Below are positions 12,737 to 22,949 of a DNA stretch of 64,000 bases, in pieces. The notes below the pieces were generated by a model, which was not told the origin of the DNA, made no database searches, and saw nothing but the letters and a program-made list of their open reading frames with translations. Both the position numbers and the translations under genes were made by a program. The stretch comes from Raillietiella orientalis (Eukaryota): positions 310,001 to 374,000 of the forward strand of contig JAYWIR010000039.1 in NCBI GenBank assembly GCA_036172245.1, given 5' to 3'. The first letter of the stretch is position 1; every line of letters begins with the position of its first letter.

Positions 12737-13547
12737 CATGGGACAGCTGGCGGACGCCGTGACCCCGAGCGTCCTTGCGTGTGGACTACTGAGATGGGGC
12801 GAGCTGCCCGACATCCCGACGGATGACCTGAAGTGGCCCCCAGTGTTGAAGGACACGAGGATCCTCCCCCTAAAGTGGCAGGAAACGGAGCTCCTGCTGT
12901 TGCACTGGGGTCTTCCCTGCAACGGGCGCCGCCACCACCGGACGCTGGGGAGGGACTGTGCCAGATACGCGGAACGGGAATCCTTCCCGCACCCGTTAGT
13001 GGGCTGCGTTGCCCTCCGGCCCTTTGGGAACGTTTCTCAACGATCCTCCGGATCCCGGTTGGCAGCCCCCCCAGGGACGTTTTTCGGCTCCTCTTCGTGA
13101 GGGACGCTCTGCGACCAGCCGCAGCCCTGGCAGCACTTTGCTGAGTCCGTGGTATCGTGGCGGCCTGGAGTGATGCCAAAGATGAAGATTGCAACGTGAC
13201 GGACGTCATCCCATATGCTGTTCGCTTCCTGCAGAGAGCTACAGGATGGCCCCAACTGGGAAGAATGAAGAATGATCTCGAGGGCATCCTGCAAAGGATG
13301 GGCCCTCCCCGAAGTGGAACGTGATCCCTTCCCGGCCCTCCAAACTCTTTTTGTTTTTTGTTTTTCTGAATTTTATTTTATTTTTGTTTTCTCCCCCATC
13401 CCCTTCCACTGCCGAGGAGAGCCACACCGGGCTGCGTCCCGGCGTCCCGGCAGGTCCGGTATTGCGTGGCCGTTAGTGCGGCCTTGTACCACGTTCTGTA
13501 ATGACCGAGAAAGAGTTTTTTAATAAACGTCCCGGAGTACCCGGGTG
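12737..13547 (+). mobile_element. LINE copy B: 5'-truncated, ORF2 C-terminus with zf-RVT-like finger and 3' UTR
   Basis: LLLLHWGLPCNGRRH...DCARYAERESFPHPLVGCVAL..., conserved UTR, AATAAACGTCCCGGAGTACCCGGGTG end. Confidence 0.85.
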
Positions 13548-13736
13548 GTATCTCCGGGGGAGCCGGCCGGAGAAGGACGCCCACCAGCCGCAGGTGCCGC
13601 CGCCTCTGCGAGAAACCGGGTCGCTCCTCCTCCCTCCTCCGTTTCCGGGCGGAAAGGATGCGGTGAAGAGCCGGCAGAGGGGGAGGGGGCAAGCCCCAGC
13701 GAGAACTCGGAAGTCTGACGGCGACGGTGACGTTTT

Positions 13737-14490
13737 CACCCGGTCAAGCCGGGGCGTTTATTAAAAAATCTTCGGTATTTGCGGTGCATGGCCCCGCTGC
13801 GGCCAATAGCACTAGGGAGCTGCCGGGTGGTCGGTGCGCAGACCGACTTGACACGCCACGTCAGCGGAGGGGGATGGGGAAAAAACAAAAATAAAAACAA
13901 AGGAAACTGAAAACACAAAACCATAGTTCTTTGGAGGGCCGGGAAGGGATCACTGTCCGCTGCGTGGAGTTTCCATCCTTTGCAGGATGCCCTCGAGGTC
14001 CTTCTGCCTGTTTCCCACGTGGAGCCATCGGGTTGCTATTCGCAGAAAGCGAGCTGCACACTCCATGACATCCCTTCCGTTAACATCTTCTGCTCCCTCG
14101 GATGCACTCCAAGCCGCCAGAATACCGCGGATGCAGCTGAGCGTTGCTACGAGAGCGGCTGGCTGCAGGGCGTCCCCCACGAAGAAAAGCCGAAAAACGT
14201 CTCTGGGAGGGCTACCCTCCACGATCCCTAGGGTCGTACCGAAACGTTCCCAAAGGGGCCGGAGGGCAACACAGTCAACTAAGAGGTGCGGGAGGGATTC
14301 CCGTTCCCCGCATCTGGCACAGTTTGGATTCACTCGTGCCCCGGGGCACAGAAGAAAAGACGCGAGTCCTTCTGTTCCGGATGCACGTCTGGCGAGGAGA
14401 TGGGCCGGAACACACCAAGGGGTGCTCCACAACTTCGCTGCGATGGCCAAGGTTCGCCATCGCAGCTGAATTTTCATGCGCTCCAGTGCG
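13737..14490 (-). mobile_element. LINE copy C: ORF2 C-terminus and 3' UTR, with an inverted upstream segment (~14340-14490, plus)
   Basis: CARCGERESLPHLLVDCVALRPLW (CxxC..ESxxHLLxxC finger typical of L1/Tx1 ORF2) ... RFLRIATRWLHVG...LEGILQRM. Terminal hairpin at 13737-13762. Confidence 0.88.
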
Positions 14491-14508
14491 AGGGTGACGA
14501 GTTTCTTT

Positions 14509-15400
14509 CACCCGGTCACTCCCGGGGGCGTTCATTCCTCGAAAACGAACCAGTCGCAGGCACGCTGGTCCCCAGCCGAAGACAAAAGTTCATGGGGAGA
14601 GGTTCCGTTGATGAGGAGGTCGGATATGCGTGACTGTCAGGATGTCCGAAAGTCAGGAGCGAGAGGGAGGGGGGGAGAGGACAATAAAAAAAAAAAAGTG
14701 AGGGAAATCCGGGGGAGATGACACAAGGGTCGTTGGGCCCGCCTCGCATACACCGGGATGAAGACATGCAATCCGGGAAAGGTACCGAGCGAAAGGGAGT
14801 GGAGAATAAAGAAAAAAAAAGGGGAGTAAAGGGATGCTGGGGACAAGGGTCAAGCCGGTGTCAGCCGTTCCTTCACTTCAGCACCGGCGATCTCCGCTTA
14901 GACTTCTTCCAGGTGAGGACACTCTGCAGCCGTCCTCATGCTGGCGGCTGCCTCCCCGGCGACCTATCTTCGCCGCGTCGTTGTTGAGAGTACATGACGC
15001 GCCGTGGATATGGTACGGGTGCGACCCACCGCTTTCATCACCACCGCACCCGCCCTCCCGGTGCGAAGAACCGTCGCAGCAGGTAGCGGGCGGAGTCCTC
15101 CTGTTGCAGGAGAACCGATTCCAGACTCCCCACCCCACGGTTCTGCAGGGCACCGCAGTCCGAAAGCGAATGCGGAGGGATCGACTCCGCCGACCCACAC
15201 CTGGAACAACGATTCAGGGATGAAACCCCCTCCCCCGGCAACGAGGGTGCCGGAGCTCGTTGCACCGGAACCCCCAGCCCAGAAAGAGCAGCACAGCCTA
15301 CCTTCGTTCTCTTTTTTCCCTACGGAACATCCTCGCAAAACCAGCCTTTGGTTGTGCGAGGCTGCGGATGCAGAGCTAGGACTAACTAGGAGTCCGGAAC
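14509..15400 (-). mobile_element. LINE copy D: 3' end and finger region joined to an ORF1-like knuckle fragment
   Basis: RCSRCGSAESIPPHSLSDCGAL and terminal hairpin at 14509-14536. Bases 15320-15390 (minus) match 20420-20485 (plus). Confidence 0.7.
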
Positions 15401-15559
15401 GGGCGAGGGACAAGGGGACAACAAAAATAAATCAAATTGGTTGGGATGGGGCGGGAAACTCTGAATTCTTTCGGCGCGCACTGGGATCAAAACCAAAAAA
15501 AAACATACACACACACCGGGAAATTTTCGGAGCTAAGAGGAATAGGCAACGAATAAATA

Positions 15560-16460
15560 AATAAAGGGGAGCAAGGGATGGGGTCACCGGAATCGGCCGT
15601 TCCTAAAGATCCACCAACCGACGCTGAATGCCAGCGATCTCCGCCATGGTGTCTTCCAGGTGAGGCCACCTTGCAGCCACCCTGATATAGGTGGCTGCCA
15701 TCGTGGTGACCTCTCTTCGCACTGCATGGTGGTCTCCAGCACATGTCGGACCGTGACGATGGAGCGGATGCAACCCTATGGTTGCGATCACCGCTCCAGT
15801 TGAGGGGACGGAGTCGATCCTGCTGCACCTGCTTTTAGACTGCGGAGCTCCCCAAGAACTGTGGCGAAGGCTGGCAGCAGCACTCCTGCACCAGGAAGAC
15901 ACCGCTCAGGATGTGCTGCGATGGTTCTTCTCTTCAGGAGGGCCGTCGATCCGCACCTGGAACACTTAGGGGGAATGTTCCTGCGGAAACTGTGCCGCCG
16001 TTCGTTGCATCGCAATCCGTAGTGGACGAAGAGAGGGAAAACGAACCGTCCACACAATGGGTAGGGACCACAAGTTCTTCGAGAAACACTCAACTGTTCG
16101 CACCACCGAAGGAGTCCCGTCGCAATGGCTGCATACGCCAGCTCGCGCGCTTTCCAGTCACCAAGCAGTCTCGTTGTTCCCGCGACGGCTCAGGAAAACT
16201 CCCACCTCGTCAGTAGGCTATTGTTCTCTTGCCCTGAGGGCAGACAGCGCTGCGACAAGGGGTGTGGCAGCCAGGGTCCACCAATTCGCTGCGTCCTGCA
16301 TCACCACTTCCAGCGGTCGCGGCAGAAGATGCTGAAGGGGGTAAACATCTTCAGGGCACATTCCCTGGAATGCGGCGCGGGACTTAACAGCCTCCTGTCG
16401 CCAAGCGTTGTAGTCTATTGGGCGGTAGGAGATCCACGGCTAGCTTTCCACTAGGGAGGC
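15560..16460 (-). mobile_element. LINE copy E: ORF2 C-terminus with an internal micro-inversion and an inverted upstream segment (~16085-16460, plus)
   Basis: Minus LFVHYGLRCNERRH..PPKCSRCGST and VAARWPHLEDTMAEIAGIQRRL. Plus TESILLHLLLDCGAPQELW. Plus LFAPPKE..VSRLLFSCP..SPSVVVY. Confidence 0.8.
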
Positions 16461-16499
16461 GAGTTGCTTCAGGGAGGAAGCCGAATCTAAGCAGGAGTC

Positions 16500-18340
16500 C
16501 GCGCGAACTCAGTCTCCCATCCTAAAAATTATGCTTCCGAGTAACCCATGTTTGAGGTTATCGCAGAAGTCAGCCCAGTCGCAGTGCAATGATCGAGCCT
16601 CTGGAGTCCAACATCGCCTCGAAGCCAGCTAAGTATGAAGTCTTTCGTTGCCAGAGGTTGGCGGTGGCGTATCCGAGGGCTGGGAAAGCACGGAAAAGAA
16701 ACTGGGAGACAGAACCGATCAGAAAGGGAGAAAGGCGGCAGAAACAGAGTCTTGAACCGCCCCCCGGTCTGCCGAGCGGCCTCATCGGTTCGTGAGTTCG
16801 CGAAAGGAATTCCGCCCTGAGGATGACGCAACGGTTGGGGCTGCTCCATGTCTCGGGGGCCGCCACGGTCATGGACGTCTGACCGTCTGCGGGGCTCCAG
16901 ACCAGGAAAGGTTGCTGCTGAAACCAGTGGACGCTTCCGGCCGTGTCGTGGGAGAGAGGGATGTCGGGCACCGGAGTCTGCTGACGACGCGCCGCGATCC
17001 CGGGTCGTCGGAAGGCGCGCCGGGCGCATGAAGCCGTTCCTTCCGTGGTCCGTCCAGCAAGGAGCGGACGGTTGCCAGGTGACCCGCGCCGCGCCTTGCG
17101 ACCGAGAGCGATCCAGGAAAGCCTGCTCCGGGAGGGAGGGGACCTCTCCGTCCAGGGATTAGAGGGCATGGCTGCATGCGGGGCGCACTCGGGGAGAGAC
17201 TCCGAGGGAAGGTGGCGACTCGAAGAGCCACGTCTTGGCCGCGAAGTGGAACGAAGGTCCACCGTTCCGCCAGTTTCTATCCTGAAAGACGAGGAAGCTG
17301 CTCATTGGATCCGCCGGGAGGAACCTATGGATGCAGCAGAGTGAGTAATGAATTGATCGTCATCCATCGACTCCCGATCGGCAGAATCGTGAATCATTAA
17401 TTTCATCATACCCTCGGAAGAGGTGTGATGGTCATCACGCGCTTGGCACGCGTGGCGCACGGGACTCCTGCATGCCGCTCTCAGGAACTGAGGCATCTGT
17501 CAGGGAAGCGAAGTTCACCTCTCCCCGCTGAGGCTCCCGAGCTGCCGGCGCGTGCCGTGCTGCATTCCGGACCGGGAAGATGGCGGGAATGCACCCTCCC
17601 TCTGCTGACTTCCCACGGCGCTCCGGAACTCCGTCGGCAAGCGCGCGTCCCGGGGAGACTTGCGGAGGAGTTCCAGCCGAATTCACCTCGCCACCCGACC
17701 CGGAATGAGCAGACTGCCTCGGGTGCATCCCCGCCTCGCCGGACCAGACCTTATGGGAAGGGCGACTCCCAGGGCCTTTGTCTCCCTGCCTTCCCCCCCC
17801 CCTCCCTTTCCAGATTGGCAAGAGCATCTCCTGAGCGCGTGTGCCATGCTTTCGTTCGGAGCTGCTCCGCTGGAAACGCTTCGTACGCGCCGCCACCCTC
17901 GGCGTCTTTGACTCGGAACCCAACAATGCAACGCTTGTGACTGGACAAGCGACCCGACAGATGGAACCAAACTCTCCAGGGAGTGACCCTGTAGCTGTTC
18001 CTCCTAGGCAACCCACTCGATCTCGGGACCGCGGCCGTCACTCCACAACATGGCGGAAGCCGACGACCATCCGTTCTTCGGGATGCACCAGGAACTCTAC
18101 TTCTCCCATGCTCGGAGAGACCTCAGGGCATGACCTCAGGGCGGACTGCTGCGAGTACATGAAATGAATATCAGTCTGCACACAAACGCATGTGTTAATA
18201 GACATGGCGAATGTATACGTTTCTTGTTGATGATCTTCCGGGACTTCGGCAGTCGGGAATTCGGCCGGCGCCGCTCTCGAGGCAGGTCTATTCATCCGGG
18301 CAGACGCTCCAAAGTGCGTGGAACGCCCCGGGAGAAAGAA
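16500..18340 (+). mobile_element. Decayed LINE-like fragments (ORF1-like region and a probable 3' end remnant)
   Basis: 16890-16980 matches 21155-21250; knuckle-like PCFR near 17840; AACGCCCCGGGAGAAA at ~18323 resembles the family terminus. Confidence 0.45.
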
Positions 18341-18399
18341 CTCTGCGAGGGCGGGGTTTTTTGAGAAGGGGCGGGGTGAAGCCAAAAGAAGCTCTTGCG

Positions 18400-19500
18400 G
18401 AGGCTCTCAGTGGCCCGGAGGTACAAAACTAGGCCCGGGAGCTGGGAGTAGGGACCAAAGACGAATGATGGGGTTGCTGCTTTCCTCCGAAGATCCTCTC
18501 CGTATGGCGGCTGGCGCTCACCGTAAGAGGAATGTCCAAGGGCAGTCCCATCTGGCAAAGCAGGGTGACTGGGGACTGAAATGACCTCGACCTATGCTGA
18601 GACTTGAAACGCGCGATAAACCTTGTTGAGGTCATGATCGCCTCCGATGGACCCATTTTGGTAGGTAGAACTGCAGGATGAACCGGACGGTGGATGTAAC
18701 CCTATGGAAGGTGTCGGTTGCCACGGTGGCAACTGCGGATGTCGGGCTCTGCTAAGGAGCGGCGGCAACGAATAGACCGATCCTGGAGACAGGTGGCACT
18801 CCCGGCCGCCGGAGCAGAGCCCTTAGTGCCCTCGGGCGCTGCGCCTTCGGAGGACGGCACGTTCCCTGAGGGGGTACTGGCGAGCAGGAGATTCGCGGAA
18901 GGTTCCAGGTCCTGTGCGTCCTCACAGTGGCACCACCAAGTGCGGGGAACAGGAATCCCTCCCGCACCTGCTTATTGACTGTGTTGCCCTCCGGCGCCTC
19001 TGGCTGCGCTTCGCAACGACCCTAGGAGCATCAGTGAACGCTCCCAGAGACTTGTTGAAGAGCCTCTTTGTGCGCGACGTCCTTTCGCCTACCGCAGCCC
19101 TTTGCTGCCTACGTGGGATTGTGGCGGCCTGGAGCTACGGAAGAAGAGGATGGCACGATAAGAACACCATCTGCTCTGCCCTGGGCTTCCTGAGGACGGC
19201 ATTCAGATGGCCCCATCTCAGGCATATGCAGATGGAACTTGCCGGTATCCTGGAAAGGATGTAGAGGACGGCCTCCAGCGGAAAGTGATTCCTTCCCTTA
19301 CCCTCCCGTTTTTTTTTTGTAAAAAGTCTTTTATTTTATTTTTCTTTTTGTTTGTCCCTTTCCCCTCCGCTGCCGAGTCGAACTCACCGGCTTGCGTGCC
19401 AGTTACTCTGCAAGTTCTGAACTCTTTCGGACGTTGTAGGGCCTATGGTCCTACACATGTTTGTTTATGGAAAATAAACGCCCCAGCATACCCAGGTGTA
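18400..19500 (+). mobile_element. LINE copy F: ORF2 C-terminus and 3' UTR (plus), with an inverted upstream segment (~18400-18932, minus)
   Basis: KCGEQESLPHLLIDCVALRRLW...FLRTAFRWPHLRHMQMELAGILERM*, then AATAAACGCCCCAGCATACCCAGGTG. Minus strand TWNLP..VSRIGLFVA..AATPSFVFG. Confidence 0.85.
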
Positions 19501-20274
19501 AAATCAAGCGCTTTTTGACGGGGTCCTGGAGAACCATATGGCTCCAACTCCGAGGTTTCGAGCCTTTGGGGTCAGTCGACGTCGACTGGAGCTTCCTGGA
19601 GTTGGTTCGTGGAGCAGGTCGCCGGACTGCATCAGACCCGCATCCCGCGGGACTCTCCCGTCAGAAGAGGGGTAGTCTGGACCCTTCCTGCTGAAGCTGG
19701 GGCAACGGAAACGCTAAGCCTCCTTTGTGGCCTTTGGCACGGATTTCGTGGCTAACCCGCAAGGAGGCATCTTCATCAACGTGGGCGTTCCGAGGGCCTT
19801 CGGGAATGACGACACTTCGCGACGAAGCACCGCTGCTTTTCGAGGAGGAGGGGACCCGATTGGCCGCCGATGACTGCTCTGGAAACGTCACCCAGTCCCT
19901 CCGGTGAAAGGTTCAGCATCTGGAAAGATGCCTTCCGGAGATGCCCCCCCTTTCCTTTTCCGAGGCAACGGAGGAGGTTGCTCAGGTCGTCTGCTCGCTT
20001 CCAACCTGACCGCCAGGGAGACATGCAAACGACCAGGAGGACGACACCCCCCGCTTGGTCGAGAGCGAAATCGGTGCGGTCATGTTTTCGAAGAGGAAGA
20101 GCCGTTCGACGAGATCCGGACGGGCTGAACCATTTGCTCCTCTGCGGAACCCCGAAGGAGATCCGAAAAACCCCGGATGCTACACGCGGGCTCAGAGCCA
20201 CAGAGAAAAGAGCTCGAGCACCAAACCGTACGGAATAGAGCTCCCGTATGGTTTGATGCGGCTCATCTTCATTC

Positions 20275-20357
20275 GCGGGATTCGAACCCGCAGCGCTTGG
20301 TGCCACGCACGCCAGTGTGCAGCCACACGGCCGCCAACGGGGTCAACGCGCGTTCCG
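20275..20357 (-). mobile_element. tRNA-derived SINE-like head
   Basis: Reverse complement reads TTGGCGGCCGTGTGG (A-box-like) ... GTGGCACCAAGCGCTGCGGGTTCGAATCCCGC (B-box). Homologous to 22092-22180. Confidence 0.6.
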
Positions 20358-22091
20358 CTCTTCGTGCCCAGCTTGAACCTCGAGTTCGTCAGGCTGCGGG
20401 CACTTCCCTCCACTTCTTGGTCCCAACTGTACATCTGCAGCCTCGCCCAACAAAGGACCGGTTTTGCGAGGATGCTCCGTAGAGAAACATCGTGTACATT
20501 TGTATACAGAAGCTCCGATGGGGCGTAGAGGGGCCGCTGGCGCTGGGGAAACAGGAAGCGCTTGCCATAACTGACGGATCGCTCGAACGGGCCCAGGACC
20601 ACTGCGTCATCGCTGGAAACAACGGAATCTTCTGCAACTCCAGAAACTTGAGATTTCTGCGTTGAGAACCCACAATTCCCGTTCCATCATCCCCGACGGA
20701 ACTTCGGAAACTCCGCATCTTGCGGTACCCGTTCAGAGATGACAGCACCTTCTAGGCGGCGGGCATCCTGCCAGCGTGCGTTCCCAGGGGCAGCCGCTCT
20801 CTCCCATCCACGAACCGGGCCACGTTCTGAAGATTCTCTTCGTGGCTCGCTCGAATTCTCCCCGAATCAACACGTGGGCCCCACAGCGCCGATGTCCCCA
20901 CGGTTTCTCCAGGATCCCCGCCCCGCATGGTTCCATGTGGAGCCCTGCCTACATGTCGAAAAAGAATATGAAGAAACCAGGATCAATGAAACAGGAAATG
21001 CCGCTACCATGAACACGCGAAGCATTTGAAATTCCAGTGAAGGTGGTTTCGCGATGACGTAACATTTCGCAACAGTGCACTTTAGGCTGCGCAACGGAGA
21101 GGGTTCACCACCATTCGCACCGCTTTCTCATCCGTTATGTTCTCCCTTCGAGGCTACAGCCCAAGAGCGGTTGCTGCTACACCACTGGAGACCCAGTCGA
21201 TGCTTCCGGCGACGGGGGTGGTGCGAGAGTGGGATGTCGGGACGCACAGCTTCCCTATTGGCTCTACTCCTCTTAGCGTAGCGGGATCTCTCGACTGCTT
21301 TCCCGAGACTGTGCCGTTCCCCGCGTACCGAGCAAGTGTCTTGAGACGAGCGCTCTCGCTGACTCTGGCATCCCTTCGGACGAGAAGCGAGGCGCCGCTC
21401 GTCCGCATTCGCCCCTTCCTTTCCTTTGCCTCCTTCGGAACCTTTGGGAAGCTTCCCATCCGGACAAGGAGGGCAACCTAGACCAAGACAACTCGTCCCA
21501 CCCCTCGCGGTCGGCATCGGACAAGGGCTCTGTGTGCGTGCCACCAGCTCCCAGTTCTTCCGAGCCGCCCTTTTGGACGCGTGCTGCCATCTCGTCGCAA
21601 CAGAGAGAGACGAGATGGGCGGTGTCCCCCCCCCCGCACTTTGTCTCAATTCACAACTTGCATGAGTTTCCTTTTGCAGCCACCACCACCATGTTTTCAT
21701 CGTCGGCGTCGGAGTCAACGTAAGCGCTATTCCCATCGCAGTCATCACCGTCATTATTTGGCTGTCCTTTTCTAGAAATACATTCTACGCTTTGCTCTCG
21801 AACTGCCAAGGACTCACTTTTGTTCCACCGTGCGCGAACCATGGCAGCGACGCCCTGGCTCCAGTGCCTCCCACAGCTTACGGCCACGTTTGTTCTGCAG
21901 CAGCTCATCCTGGATTCGCAAGCACCCTAATTAACAGACCCTCCTCTCCGTGTTCTCCTGGGGTTTGCGTGGCGTCTCCATGGGGCTACGTTTCCTCGTC
22001 CGTTTCCAAACAGCGGCAGCACCCGTGAGCCCGCATCCTCCTCCGCTCTTGGGCCGGTCTAGAGGGAGTGGGCTTTTCGCTCTCGACTTGA

Positions 22092-22180
22092 CGGTACTGA
22101 GCGTTGGCCCCGAGTTGGCGGCTGCGTGGCTGCGGTCTCGGCGCGCGTGGCACCGAGCGTCGCGGATTTGAATCCCGCCC
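22092..22180 (+). mobile_element. tRNA-derived SINE-like head
   Basis: TTGGCGGCTGCGTGG ... CTCGG/CCGAG stem ... GTGGCACCGAGCGTCGCGGATTTGAATCCCGC; no proper 7-nt anticodon loop. Confidence 0.6.
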
Positions 22181-22949
22181 GGAGGAAAGATCGACTCCGA
22201 GAAACGGGGGGTGCATCGTGCAGGATGACGCTGCGGTTGGCCTCCGTTACTTCGGGTGGGGCAGCGGTGGAAGTCGGAAGCCTCCCGTTGACTGACCAGG
22301 ATTAAAAAGCAGATCCCTCCGGGGCCCTTCCGAGAATCGACGAGTGCGTGTTCCCTCCAGGGTTTTCCTCTGTTTGGGGAGATGACAGACATCTGTAGCG
22401 TACCACGGGACTGGTGGATCGATACCTCTCCAGAGTTTCAAGAAGCACGCTGCCCCCTTCGGGAAGCGGCTCCTCAGAAACATAGGGGAAGTGTCCCTCC
22501 GGGGTTTTCTTCCGAAGAGGCAACGGAGAGCGGATCCCTTTACGGTTCCCATCCGGGAGCTCCGTCACGCTCCCAGCTTGAAGGCGGGCATTAGCAAAAT
22601 CCTATGGGGAAATCACTCCGCCGGCGGCCCTTCCCCCCCCCCAAGTCAGGCCTCATGAGATGAAACGGAAATGGTTACTCCCTCTTCCCCTCTTCCCTCC
22701 GTATTTTTCGGGAACTGAATATCCTCCATCCCTGGATGTCAGTCGTAGTAGCGGATTCCAGATACGAAAGCTCAAGTGGGTGGGTATCTGTAGGAGAGCC
22801 CGAAACCGTCGTGGGCCATGTCTTGAAGGTCGAACCAAAAGCACTCCAGTCGCCGCACCTCCTACGCATGGATCATCGCTATAATGAGGACTCACGGAAA
22901 AGGGATATGATTTCCTTCCTTTAACATCCCTCCCCCGATCCAAAGTCCC

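Noticed and set aside
13395..13460. Hammerhead or HDV ribozyme in the LINE 3' UTR
   Set aside because: No CUGANGA/GAAA cores and no convincing nested double pseudoknot; reported only as a structured RNA.
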